Assembly: GCA_963843975.1 (NCBI GenBank)
Contig: CAWJMG010000003.1
Location: 870,001 to 902,000, forward strand
DNA: 32,000 bases
DNA from: an uncultured Actinomycetes bacterium
GTDB lineage: Bacteria > Actinomycetota > Actinomycetes > S36-B12 > CAIYMF01
Reading direction: 5' to 3'
Below the pieces are notes generated by a model. That model was given only the letters and a program-made list of their open reading frames with translations. It had not been told where the DNA came from and did no database searches. The translations under genes and the position numbers were made by a program. Below are positions 1 to 13,076 of the stretch, one piece after another. Each line of letters starts with the position of its first letter. The first letter of the stretch is position 1.

Positions 1-366
1 GTAGAACCGCTCGAGCTGGGAGCGGAAGCGCGCGACCCACTCGGCGACGAGCTCGGCCGGGTTGAGCGTGCGCTCGCCGGACTCCTTCGGGTCGCCGATC
101 AGCCCGGTGGCACCTCCGACGAGGGCCAGCGGCCGGTGCCCGGCGAGCTGGAAGCGCCGCACGGTGAGGATCTGCACCAGGTTGCCCATGTGCATGCTCG
201 GCGCTGTGGGGTCGAAGCCGCAGTAGAGCGTGATCGGTCCGGCTGCCGCGTCGGCGCGCAGCGCCTCGAGGTCGGTCGAGGTGGCGATGAGGCCGCGCCA
301 GGCGAGGTCGTCGAGGACGGCGACCCTCCGTGCGGCGGCGGGGTCGAGATCGGTCAGCTGGGTCAC
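1..366 (-). CDS. tyrS: Tyrosine--tRNA ligase, N-terminal part (gene runs off the left edge of the window)
   Basis: Own translation of the minus strand from GTG 366..364, with GGGAGGA 7 nt upstream: [102 protein letters not shown]... It has the YCGFDPTA-SxHxGN (HIGH-type) and LVGGATGxIGDP blocks typical of TyrS. It is absent from the ORF track because it has no stop codon in the window. Confidence 0.85.
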   Translation of the reverse strand, partial: MTQLTDLDPAAARRVAVLDDLAWRGLIATSTDLEALRADAAAGPITLYCGFDPTAPSMHMGNLVQILTVRRFQLAGHRPLALVGGATGLIGDPKESGERTLNPAELVAEWVARFRSQLERFY

Positions 367-427
367 GCGCACATCCTCCCGTACGGCGGTGCTGCGGCTC
401 GAACCGGTTGTGCTGCGCGTGGCGGCA

Positions 428-3035
<2,608 letters not shown>

Positions 3036-3036
<1 letters not shown>

Positions 3037-4250
3037 CACGCGCCGCCTGCGCCGTCCAGCAGCGACGGCAGCGCCGCGGTGAACAGGTCGGCCTGCTCCA
3101 TGCTCAGCACGAGCGGCGGCGCGAGCCGGATGCTGGTGGGGCGCACGGCGTTCACGAGGAAGCCGGCCTCGCGGGCGGCGGCCTCGAACGCCGGTGCCAC
3201 GGGCTCGGCCAGCTCGAGGGCGCGCCAGAGGCCGACGCCGCGGTGCGACGCGAGCAGCGGGTGTCCGAGCGTGTCGAAGGACGCGGCCCAGCGGTCGCCC
3301 ACCGCGACGACGTGCTGCAGCAGGCCCTCGGCCTCGACAGTGTCGAGCACAGCGAGCGCGGCAGCGCACGACACCGGGTTGCCCCCGAAGGTCGTGCCGT
3401 GGTCGCCGGGCACGAGGACGTCCTGCGCCTCCCCCGTGGCGATCACCGCGCCGATGGGCATGCCCGAGGCGAGTCCCTTGGCGAGGGTGACGAGGTCGGG
3501 CACGACGCCCTGGTCGACGGACATCAGCCACACGCCTGCCCGACCGATGCCGGACTGCACCTCGTCGCACACCATGTGCGCGCCCACCTCGTCGCACACG
3601 GCGCGGACCGCGGCGAGGTAGCCGGCCGGCGGCATGACGACACCGCCCTCACCTTGGACGGGCTCCACGATCACCGCAGCGGTGCGTCGGCCGACGACGG
3701 CGCGGAGAGCGTCGACGTCGCCGTAGTCCACGAAGTCCACGCCGCCGGGCAGCGGCTCGAACGGCGTGCGCTTGGCGGGGGTCCCGGTGACCGCCAGGGC
3801 ACCGGCGGTGCGGCCGTGGAAGCCACCGTTCGTGGAGACGATCTGGTCGCGACCCTGCTGGTTCCCGCGCTTGCGCACGATCTTCAGGGCGGCCTCGTTG
3901 GCGGTGGCGCCGTCCTGGCAGAGGAAGACGCGCGCGGGCACCGGGACAAGGGCTGCGAGCCGCTCGGCGAGGGCGACACCGGGCTCGTGCATCGCGAGGT
4001 TGCTGGTGTGCACGAGTGTGGACACCTGACGCGTGACGGCCTCGACGACGGCCGGATGCGCGTGGCCCAGCGACGACACGGCGATCCCGCCGAGCAGGTC
4101 GAGGTAGCGCGTGCCGTCGACGTCCCACACCCACGCGCCCTCGCCGCGCGCGAGAGCGACCGGGGGCGTCCCGTAGTTGCCGAGCATCACCTGCGACCAG
4201 CGGGCCTGCAGGGCCTCGGTAGCCGTCGTGGAGCTCGTGGGCGCGGTCAT
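3036..4250 (-). CDS. argD: Acetylornithine aminotransferase
   Basis: 404 aa from ATG 4250, with GAGGAG 8 nt upstream: [46 protein letters not shown]... It has class-III aminotransferase blocks [26 protein letters not shown] and HGTTFGGNP. There is no stop codon between it and argB upstream (see findings). Confidence 0.9.
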
Positions 4251-5183
4251 GACGAGGGCTCCTCGGCGAAGAGCTGCTGCGTCGTCCGGCAGCACCATCG
4301 TGCCGACGCCGGACGACGTGACGACCTCGAGCAGGACGCCGTGCGGGAGGCGGCCGTCGATGACGTGGGCGCGCGGCACTCCCCCGCGCACGGCGTGCAC
4401 GCACGCCTCCATCTTCGGCACCATCCCGCTGGAGAGGGTCGGCAGCATCTGCTCGAGCTCGCCGACCGAGATCGTGCGGATCACCTCGTCGCTGTTGGGC
4501 CAGTCGGCATAGAGGCCCTCGACGTCGGTGAGCACGACGAGCTTGTCGGCGCCGAGCGCGACCGCGAGGGCCGCAGCAGCGGTGTCGGCGTTGACGTTGT
4601 AGACGTTGCCGTCCTCGCCACGGGCCACGGACGACACGACGGGCACGAGCCCGTCGTCGAGCAGCTGCTTCACGAAGTCAGGACGTACGTCGACCACCTC
4701 GCCCACGAGGCCGATGTCGACGGGCTCGCCGTCGACCATGACGTCGCGGCGCTCGGCGGTGAACAGGTGCGCGTCCTCGCCGGAGAGGCCGACGGCGTAC
4801 GGGCCGTGCGCGTTGATGAGGCCGACGACCTCACGCTGCACCTGGCCGGTGAGCACCATGCGGACGACGTCCATCGCCTCGGGGCTGGTGACGCGGTAGC
4901 CACCGCGGAACTCGCCGGGGATCCCGAGCTTCTCGAGCATCGAGGAGATCTGCGGACCGCCTCCGTGCACGACGACTGGGCGCAGCCCGGCCATGCGCAG
5001 GAACATGACGTCGGCCGCGAAGGCCTTGCCGAGCGCCTCGTCGACCATGGCGTTGCCGCCGTACTTCAGGACGATCGTGGCGCCGTGGAAGCGCTCGAGC
5101 CACGGCAGCGCCTCGGCGAGGACGGCCGCCTTCTCCAGCGCAGCCTCGCGCTCGCCCGCGGGCCGGGTGATCCTGCCGCTCAT
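4251..5183 (-). CDS. argB: Acetylglutamate kinase; as written it has no stop of its own and reads straight into argD
   Basis: ATG 5183..5181 overlaps the argJ stop (ATGA). It reads [11 protein letters not shown]...[12 protein letters not shown]...[10 protein letters not shown]...[12 protein letters not shown]...[16 protein letters not shown]...[20 protein letters not shown] and then the argD Met. A TGA overlapping the argD ATG (4249..4247) exists in the adjacent frame. Confidence 0.8.
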
Positions 5184-6331
5184 GACGAGTACGCCGAGTT
5201 CTCGTGGACGTACGCGGCGGTGAGGTCGTTGGTCCACACCGTCGCGCTCGCGTCGCCTGCCCGCAGGTCGATCGTGATGACGACCTCGCGGCCGCTCATG
5301 TCGACGAGGTCGCGGTCGTCGCCGGTCGCGCCGTCACGGCACACCCACACTCCGTTGATCGCGACGTCGACGGCGTCGGGCTCGAACCGGGCGTCGGTCA
5401 TGCCGAGCTCGGCGAGGATGCGTCCCCAGTTGGGGTCCTCGCCGTGGATCGCGCACTTCACGAGGTTGGCGCGCGACACCGCGCGGCCCGCGTTGACGGC
5501 GTCGTCCTCGGAGACGGCGTTGACGACGTCGATGCGCACGTCCTTGCTGGCACCCTCGGCGTCCGCGACGAGCTGGCGGGCCAACGACGCGCAGACGTCG
5601 GTGATCGCCTCGACCAGCTCGGTGTACGACGGGGTCACGCCCGAGGCGCCGGAGGCCAGCAGCAGCACCGTGTCGTTGGTGGACGTGCAGCCGTCGCTGT
5701 CGACGCGGTCGAAGGTGACGCGCGTGGCCGCCCGCAGCACGGCGTCGAGCGTGGCCGCGTCGGCGACGGCGTCGGTCGTGACGACGACGAGCATCGTGGC
5801 GAGCGAGGGCGCGAGCATCCCCGCGCCCTTGGCGATGCCGCCGACCGCGAAGCCGTCGCCGTGCGCCAGGGCGGTCTTGGGCACCGAGTCGGTCGTCATG
5901 ATCGCGCGGGCCGCGTCGTCCCCGCCGTCGGCTGCGAGCACCGCGTGGGCGCTCTCGAGCCCGGCGAACAGCTTGTCGGTGGCCAGGCGCACGCCGATGA
6001 GGCCGGTGGAGCAGACGGCGACGTCGCCCGCCCCGATGCCGAGAAGCGAGCCGACGTGCTCGGCCGTGCGGTGGGTGTCGAGGAACCCGTCGGGCCCGGT
6101 GCACGCGTTGGCACCGCCGGAGTTGAGGGCGACGGCGCGGACGACGCCGGCCGTGAGCACCTGCTGAGACCACAGCACCGGGGCGGCCTTCACGCGGTTG
6201 CGCGTGAACACCCCGGCGGCCGCGAACTGCGGGCCGTCGTTGACCACGAGCGCGACATCCGGTGCGCCCGTGGACTTCAGGCCGGCGGCGACACCGGCGG
6301 CGCGGAACCCCGCGGGGACGGTGATGGTCAC
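5180..6331 (-). CDS. argJ: Bifunctional ornithine acetyltransferase / N-acetylglutamate synthase
   Basis: 383 aa from GTG 6331, which overlaps the argC stop (GTGA): [29 protein letters not shown]... It has the self-cleavage site region [21 protein letters not shown] and ends ...[17 protein letters not shown]. Confidence 0.9.
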   Translation of the reverse strand: MTITVPAGFRAAGVAAGLKSTGAPDVALVVNDGPQFAAAGVFTRNRVKAAPVLWSQQVLTAGVVRAVALNSGGANACTGPDGFLDTHRTAEHVGSLLGIGAGDVAVCSTGLIGVRLATDKLFAGLESAHAVLAADGGDDAARAIMTTDSVPKTALAHGDGFAVGGIAKGAGMLAPSLATMLVVVTTDAVADAATLDAVLRAATRVTFDRVDSDGCTSTNDTVLLLASGASGVTPSYTELVEAITDVCASLARQLVADAEGASKDVRIDVVNAVSEDDAVNAGRAVSRANLVKCAIHGEDPNWGRILAELGMTDARFEPDAVDVAINGVWVCRDGATGDDRDLVDMSGREVVITIDLRAGDASATVWTNDLTAAYVHENSAYSS

Positions 6332-7369
6332 GGGGCGACTCCGATCGCGGTGAGCCCTGCGCCCTCGGGGAGGCCGAGGGCGATGTTGGCGTTCTGCAGG
6401 GCCTGGCCGGCAGCGCCCTTGGTGAGGTTGTCGATGGCCGACACGACGACCGCGCGGCCGGCGTGCTGGTCGGCCGCCACCTGCAGGTGCACCGAGTTCG
6501 CGCCGAGGGTGGCACCGGTCTGCGGCCAGGCGCCGCCGGGCAGCACCGTGACGAACTGCTCGTCGGCGTACGCCGCGTGCAGCGCCTCGTGCAGCACCTC
6601 GGTCGTGACGCCCGCGGCGAGACGGGCGGTGGTCGTGGCGAGGATGCCGCGGGGCATCGGAGCGAGCACCGGGGTGAAGGAGACCGTGACGTGCTCCCCC
6701 GCGGCACCCGTGAGCGCCTGCTCGATCTCCGGCGTGTGCTGGTGGGTGCCGCCCACCTTGTACGCCGAGAGCTGGCCCATGACCGTGCTCGCGAGCAGAG
6801 CGTCGCTCGGCTTGCGCCCGGCGCCGGTCGTGCCGCTCGCCGCGACGACGACGACGTCCTCGGGCTCGACGAGGCCGGCTGCCAGGAGCGGTGCCAGCCC
6901 GAGGATCACGCCCGTCGGGTAGCAGCCGGGGTTGGCGATGCGGCGGGCGGTCGCGATCTCGGCGCGCTGGTCGCCGAGGCTCGGGCATGCCGTACGTCCA
7001 CGTGCCCGCGTGCGCGCCGCCGTAGTAGCGCGACCAGGCCTCCGCGTCGGCGAGCCGGTGGTCGGCACCGAGGTCGACGACGAGGGTCCCCGCGGGCAGG
7101 GCGGCTGCGATCGCTCCGGACTCGCCGTGCGGGAGCGCAAGGAACACGACGTCGGCACCGGTGAGGGCGTCGACGTCGGTGCCGATGAACGTGCGGTCGG
7201 CGAGCGCCGTGAGGTGCGGGTGCAGGTCGGTCACGCGCTTGCCGGCGCTGCTGCCGGCCGCGAGCGGCCCGATCTCGAAGGACGGATGGCCGAGCAGGAG
7301 CCGGACGAGCTCGCCCCCGGCGTACCCGGAGGCGCCGACGACGGCTGCGACGAGCGGTGTGGTGGTCAC
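6328..7369 (-). pseudogene. argC: N-acetyl-gamma-glutamyl-phosphate reductase, interrupted by an apparent +1 single-base insertion at ~6979 (could be a sequence error)
   Basis: The N-terminal frame reads [29 protein letters not shown]...GTWTYGMPE and then nonsense. The C-terminal frame (ORF 6328..7158) continues [31 protein letters not shown]...[24 protein letters not shown]. The junction on the minus strand is CCC GAG [C] CTC GGC. The span is 1042 nt, which is 3n+1. The start codon is uncertain: GTG 7369, or the in-frame GTG 15 nt upstream. Confidence 0.85.
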
Positions 7370-7375
7370 CGCTCG

Positions 7376-7398
7376 ACTATACACATATGCGGATACTG
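7376..7398 (-). promoter_or_regulatory. Candidate ArgR operator (ARG box-like AT-rich imperfect palindrome) immediately upstream of argC
   Basis: This is the only AT-rich patch in the area. The minus strand reads cagTATCCGCATATGTGTATAgtc, with a central CATATG and partly complementary arms (TATCCG / TGTATA, 4 of 6 positions). It fills the 29-nt gap between the SDR stop (7399) and the argC start (7369). It resembles ARG-box architecture but is not a clean consensus match. Confidence 0.4.
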
Positions 7399-8190
7399 TC
7401 AGCCGCGGGGGTCGCCGGGCCACGCCGGCGCCAGCCGCAGCGTGCGCGCCCGGGCGTCGGCCGGATCGATCTCGGCCATCAGCCGGTCGCGGTCGTCGCG
7501 GGCATGCACGAACCGACCGGCGAGCGGGTCGAGGCGGCCCGAGGCGATCTCGTCCACGAGGGCGAGCACGAGGTCGACCGGCGTGAACCGGTCGTCGGGG
7601 ATGTCGGCCATCTCGGGCACGTGCCGGGTGAGCTCGACGGGGAAGCGCGTCATGTCCGTCTGCACCATTCCGGGGCTCACGGGGAAGACCCGCACCCCGG
7701 TGCCCTCGAGCTCGACCTGCACGGACGAGGCGAGCTGCAGCACCGCCGCCTTGCTCGCGCCGTACCCCGTGTCGTACGGCGACGGCTCGGTGCCGATGCC
7801 GCTCGCCAGCAGCACGACGCGGCCGCTCCCCCGCTCGATCATCCGCGGCAGGACCGCGCGCAGCGTGAGGTAGACGCCGCGGAGGTTGACCTCGACGCCC
7901 GCCCACCACGCCTCGGGATCGCTCTCCCAGAGCGTTCCGGCGCCGAGCAGAGCGCCTGCGTTGGCCACGACGAGGTCGAGGTCGCCGGCCGCCGCGGCCA
8001 CCTCGGCCAGACGCGGGCCGTCGGTGACGTCGGCGACGTACGGCGTCACCCGCTCGCCGAGGCCGACGGCCAGCGCGCGTACGGCGTCCTCGCGCCGACC
8101 GAGCGCCCCGACCTCCCAGCCACCGGCGACCAGGTGCTCGACCAGGCTGCGGCCGATCCCCCGGGTCGCGCCGGTGACGAGGGCCTTCAC
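7399..8190 (-). CDS. Short-chain dehydrogenase/reductase (SDR) family oxidoreductase
   Basis: 263 aa from GTG 8190, which overlaps the pheT stop (GTGA): [20 protein letters not shown] (TGxxxGIG cofactor motif), NAG, and YGASKAA (the YxxxK catalytic motif). Confidence 0.8.
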   Translation of the reverse strand: MKALVTGATRGIGRSLVEHLVAGGWEVGALGRREDAVRALAVGLGERVTPYVADVTDGPRLAEVAAAAGDLDLVVANAGALLGAGTLWESDPEAWWAGVEVNLRGVYLTLRAVLPRMIERGSGRVVLLASGIGTEPSPYDTGYGASKAAVLQLASSVQVELEGTGVRVFPVSPGMVQTDMTRFPVELTRHVPEMADIPDDRFTPVDLVLALVDEIASGRLDPLAGRFVHARDDRDRLMAEIDPADARARTLRLAPAWPGDPRG

Positions 8191-10703
8191 GCGCGCTGGA
8201 CCGCCCCGTGCGCGGAGGCCGCCGCCGCGACCGCGGAGTCGCGTGCTGCTCCGACCTCCTCGACCGTGAGCGTGCGGTCGGGCGCCCGGAAGCGCAGGGC
8301 GAAGGCGAGCGACTTGCGGCCCTCGCCCACCTGCTCGCCGGTGTACACGTCGAAGAGCCGCACCGACTCCAGCAGCGGGCCCGCACCTTCGGCGAGGGAT
8401 GCCTCGACGTCGGCCACGGGCACGTCGCTCGCGACGACGAGGGCGACGTCCTCCTTCGCCACCGGGAAGGTCGCGAGGCCGCGGGCCGCGACGACGCCGG
8501 TGGCGGCGGCGATCACGGCGTCGAGGTCGAGCTCCATCGCGCTGGTGCGCTTCGGGAGGCCGGCGTCCTCGCACACGCGCGGCGAGAGCTCGCCGGCGTA
8601 CCCGACGACCTCGCCGGCGACGACGAGCTCCGCGACCCGTCCCGGGTGCCACGGTGCCGGGGCCGCACCCTTGCGCACCTGCAGGTCGGCGCCCACGGCG
8701 TCGGCCACGACGCGCGCCGCCTGCACCGCGTCGGCCCAGAGCGCTGGCTCCGCGCCGCCCCACCAGCCGGCGGGTGCGACGTTGCCCGCGAGGGCGACGC
8801 CGACGTGCAGCGGCTGCTCGGGCAGGAGCGCCTCGAGGGCGACGAGGTCAGCGTGCGACGGACGCCCGGCGACGGACGGACGAGGCGGGTCGGTGGTGCC
8901 GCGCGGCGACTGGCCCTCGCGGAGCCGGAACACCGAGCCGGACTCGAACACCGCGATGTCGGTGGTGCCGCGCCCGACGTTGCGGCGCAGCGTGCCGAGC
9001 AGCCCCGGCAGCAGCGTGGTGCGCATGCCCGGCTGCTCGTCCGAGAGCGGGTTGGCGAGCAGCAGCAGGGCGCGGCGGTCGTCGTCGTCGGGAAGGCCGA
9101 GCGCGTCGAGGTCGGCCTCACCGACGAACGGGTAGGCGAGCGCCTCGACGTAGCCGGCCGCGGCCAGCGCACGGCCGACGCGACGTCGGGCGCGCTGGGA
9201 CTCGGTGAGACCGAAGCCGGCACGCGCCTGCGGAAGGGTCGGCGGGACGGCGTCGTAGCCGCCGAGCCGCAGCACCTCCTCGACGAGGTCGGCCGGGTCG
9301 GTGATGTCGGGACGCCAGGTGGGTGCGGTGACCACGAGGACGTCGGCCGCAGGGTCGGCGATGGTCGCGCCCACGGCCTCGAGCCGCTCGACGACGACGT
9401 CGCGGGGCACGTCGATGCCGGCCACGCGGGCGGGGAGGTCGACGGCCATCTCGACGACGACAGGCTCACGCGGAGCCTCGACGCCCGTCATGCCGACGTA
9501 GCGCCCGCCGCCATGGGCGAGGAGCAGACCGGCCGCGCGGGCCGAGGCGTACGGCGCGAGCACGGTGTCGACGCCGCGCTCGAACCGGCGCGACGCCTCG
9601 CTCGAGAGCTTGTGGCGGCGCGACATGCGCGCCACGACGGACGGCGTGAAGTGCGCCGCCTCGAGCGCGATGTCGACGGTGTCGTCGTCGATCTCGGTGT
9701 CGAGGCCGCCCATCGTGCCTGCGAGTCCGATGGGGCCGCGGCCGTCGGTGATGAGCAGGTCGTCCGTGGACAGCGCACGCTCGACGTGGTCGAGGGTCTC
9801 GAGCTTCTCCCCCGTGCGCGCCCGGCGCACGACGATGGGGCCCTGCAGCTTGCGCTGGTCGAACGCGTGCAGCGGCTGGCCCGTCTCGAGCATGACGTAG
9901 TTGGTGACGTCGACCGCGAGCGAGACCGGACGCATGCCGCTCATGACGAGGCGGCGGCGCATCCAGTACGGCGACGGAGCCTTCGGGTCGAAGCCGACGA
10001 TCGTGCGTAGCGTGAACAGGCTCGCGCCCTCGAGGTCCTCGATCGCGCACTCGTGCGGCGTGCCGGCGTCGGGCGCGGGCAGGTCGTCGATGTCGGCCGG
10101 GTCGCGCAACGGGACGCCGTACTGGTGGGCGAGCTCGCGGGCGACACCGCGCATCGACAGGCAGAAGCTCATGTCGGGCGTGACGGAGACGTCGAGGACG
10201 ACGTCGCCGAGCCCGACGACCGGGCCGGCGTCCGCGCCGATCTCGGCCGTGCCCTCGGGCAGCACCAGGATGCCGTCGTGGTCGTCGCCGAGGCCGAGCT
10301 CGCGCTCGGAGCAGATCATGCCGTCGGAGATGCGGCCGTAGGTCTCGCGGCTGGCGATGCGGAAGTCGCCGGGCAGCACGGCGCCGGGCAGCGCGACGAC
10401 GACGACGTCGCCTGCGACGAAGTTGCGGGCGCCGCAGACGATGCCGCGGATGCCCGGTGTGTCGGGGTGCCCGTGCTCGGGCCCGACCTCGACGCGGCAG
10501 AAGCGGATGGGCTTCTTGAACTCGGTGAGCTCCTCGACCTCGAGGACACGGGCGACCACGAGCGGGCCGGAGACCTGGCCGCCGACGGTGACGATCTCCT
10601 CGAGCTCGAGACCGACGGCGACGAGTCGCTCACCGATCCGCTCAGCAGACTCGTCGGCCGGGACGTCGACGTACTCGCGCAGCCACGAGAGAGGGATGCG
10701 CAC
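8187..10703 (-). CDS. pheT: Phenylalanine--tRNA ligase beta subunit
   Basis: 838-aa intact ORF from GTG 10703, 3 nt after the pheS stop, with GGAGG upstream. It has the hallmark N-terminus [15 protein letters not shown], and its length and domain order are typical of PheT. Confidence 0.92.
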   Translation of the reverse strand: MRIPLSWLREYVDVPADESAERIGERLVAVGLELEEIVTVGGQVSGPLVVARVLEVEELTEFKKPIRFCRVEVGPEHGHPDTPGIRGIVCGARNFVAGDVVVVALPGAVLPGDFRIASRETYGRISDGMICSERELGLGDDHDGILVLPEGTAEIGADAGPVVGLGDVVLDVSVTPDMSFCLSMRGVARELAHQYGVPLRDPADIDDLPAPDAGTPHECAIEDLEGASLFTLRTIVGFDPKAPSPYWMRRRLVMSGMRPVSLAVDVTNYVMLETGQPLHAFDQRKLQGPIVVRRARTGEKLETLDHVERALSTDDLLITDGRGPIGLAGTMGGLDTEIDDDTVDIALEAAHFTPSVVARMSRRHKLSSEASRRFERGVDTVLAPYASARAAGLLLAHGGGRYVGMTGVEAPREPVVVEMAVDLPARVAGIDVPRDVVVERLEAVGATIADPAADVLVVTAPTWRPDITDPADLVEEVLRLGGYDAVPPTLPQARAGFGLTESQRARRRVGRALAAAGYVEALAYPFVGEADLDALGLPDDDDRRALLLLANPLSDEQPGMRTTLLPGLLGTLRRNVGRGTTDIAVFESGSVFRLREGQSPRGTTDPPRPSVAGRPSHADLVALEALLPEQPLHVGVALAGNVAPAGWWGGAEPALWADAVQAARVVADAVGADLQVRKGAAPAPWHPGRVAELVVAGEVVGYAGELSPRVCEDAGLPKRTSAMELDLDAVIAAATGVVAARGLATFPVAKEDVALVVASDVPVADVEASLAEGAGPLLESVRLFDVYTGEQVGEGRKSLAFALRFRAPDRTLTVEEVGAARDSAVAAAASAHGAVQRA

Positions 10704-10706
10704 CGG

Positions 10707-11873
<1,167 letters not shown>

Positions 11874-12048
11874 TCAGCGCCGCGGAAATCGACCGCAGGC
11901 GCCCAGCGTCGTGCGCCCGGCGGTGCTGCCGGCGTACGAGCGGGAACGGGCGCGGGTCACGGGATCGAGCCTAAGCCGCACGAGCGCCCTGGTCGAACCG
12001 GTTCGTCGGCCGGCGACCAGAGCACCGCCATGCGCGATGCCCGGAGGA

Positions 12049-12906
12049 TCAGGCCTCGGAGAGCTGCTCGGTCTCCATCGCGTCCATGCCGCCGCCCATC
12101 TGCTCCTCGAGGACGCGCAGGGTGCCGTCGCCGAAGCGAGGGTCCTCGCCACGGGCGGCGAGGGCCGCGGCCCGGGCGTCGCGCTTGGACTGGGCCAGCG
12201 CCTCGCCTGCGGCGAGCTCCTCGTCGGTGAGCGGGTACGACTCGACGTACGAGACGCCGTTGTACTTCGCGATGTAGGCGTCGAGCTCGGGGCCGGACTC
12301 CCACGAGGTGATGAGGCAGTAGCGCGGGGCGTCACCCTGGTGCCAGACGGCGTGGTACAGCCGCTGGGTGTCGACGATCAGCTGGGCGCCGGCGGGCAGC
12401 GGGATGCGCGTCTCGGTCGACGGGTCGTCCTTGTCGCCGCGCAGCACCATTACCGAGTCAGGGTTGTCGGTGAGGTTGAAGAAGCCGCGGACGATCCAGC
12501 CGGTGCCCTCGGGGTTGAGGCGGTTGTTGTCGTCGCGGTGGAAGTTGTAGAGGGTCTCGCCGTACTGGTTCGGCAGGAGCTCGATGATGCGGCAGCGGCC
12601 GATGTTGGCGCCCGGCTCCTTCGCACGCTCGACGAGCGTGGGGGCCAGCGCGACCTGGCTGTCGACCCAGACGCCGTCCTTGTCGGTCTTGGGCGGAGTG
12701 TGGTTCCAGAAGCCGTCGCACTCGAGGTCGCCGTACGCCGACGCGAGCGGGGCGAAGCGGGTCTCGCCCGAGGACTTCCAGTCGACGTACGTGACGTCGA
12801 GCCACTCCTTCGGGTCGATCTCACCGGCGTACCTGTCGAGGACGACGTAGCCGTTCGCACGGAACGCCTCGAGCTTGGTGTAGCCGTTCTCCTGGTACGT
12901 CGCCAT
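12049..12906 (-). CDS. Uncharacterised protein, paralog 1; putative double-stranded beta-helix (cupin) Fe(II)/2-oxoglutarate oxygenase-like
   Basis: 285 aa from ATG 12906, with GAGGA 5 nt upstream: MATYQENGYTKLEAF... It has a normal, non-shadow amino-acid composition and G/C-dominated third codon positions. A candidate metal triad plus Arg is present: FHRDDNNRLNPEG ... RLYHAVWHQGDAPRYCLITS. It resembles the AspH/LpxO-type pattern from memory only. Confidence 0.8.
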   Translation of the reverse strand: MATYQENGYTKLEAFRANGYVVLDRYAGEIDPKEWLDVTYVDWKSSGETRFAPLASAYGDLECDGFWNHTPPKTDKDGVWVDSQVALAPTLVERAKEPGANIGRCRIIELLPNQYGETLYNFHRDDNNRLNPEGTGWIVRGFFNLTDNPDSVMVLRGDKDDPSTETRIPLPAGAQLIVDTQRLYHAVWHQGDAPRYCLITSWESGPELDAYIAKYNGVSYVESYPLTDEELAAGEALAQSKRDARAAALAARGEDPRFGDGTLRVLEEQMGGGMDAMETEQLSEA

Positions 12907-12965
12907 GACCGTCCTCGTTCGCATCGGGAAGTTCTCGGGACCATCATGCCGCACGGCCCCTATGA

Positions 12966-12981
12966 CTTAGGTAACCCTAAG
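12966..12981. repeat. Perfect inverted repeat CTTAGG-N4-CCTAAG in the upstream region of paralog 1 (possible operator)
   Basis: The plus strand reads cttaggtaaccctaag. It lies 60-75 nt upstream of ATG 12906 and is flanked by the words ATGAC and GCCCCTA, which recur upstream of paralog 2. Confidence 0.4.
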
Positions 12982-13027
12982 CAGGGGTGTGTCCGAGGTC
13001 TCGCGGCATCGGCCGGTGTCCGGACGC

Positions 13028-13061
13028 GGCGAGGGCGCGCACCGTGGTGCGCGCCCTCGCC
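13028..13061 (-). terminator. Strong GC hairpin downstream of paralog 2 (putative intrinsic terminator without a U-tract)
   Basis: A perfect 15-bp stem (GGCGAGGGCGCGCAC / GTGCGCGCCCTCGCC) with a 4-nt loop starts 16 nt after the stop codon at 13077. No T-run follows it, which is common for actinobacterial terminators. Confidence 0.5.
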
Positions 13062-13076
13062 ACGTCCCTCCGTCTG

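Noticed and set aside
5180-8386. A 1068-aa minus-strand ORF that looks like a giant protein.
   Set aside because: It is a composite. An out-of-frame read through the pheT 3' end and the SDR gene is followed by the true argC N-terminus, then the out-of-frame remainder of argC after the frameshift, then true argJ. Only the argC N-terminal part and the argJ part are real coding sequence.
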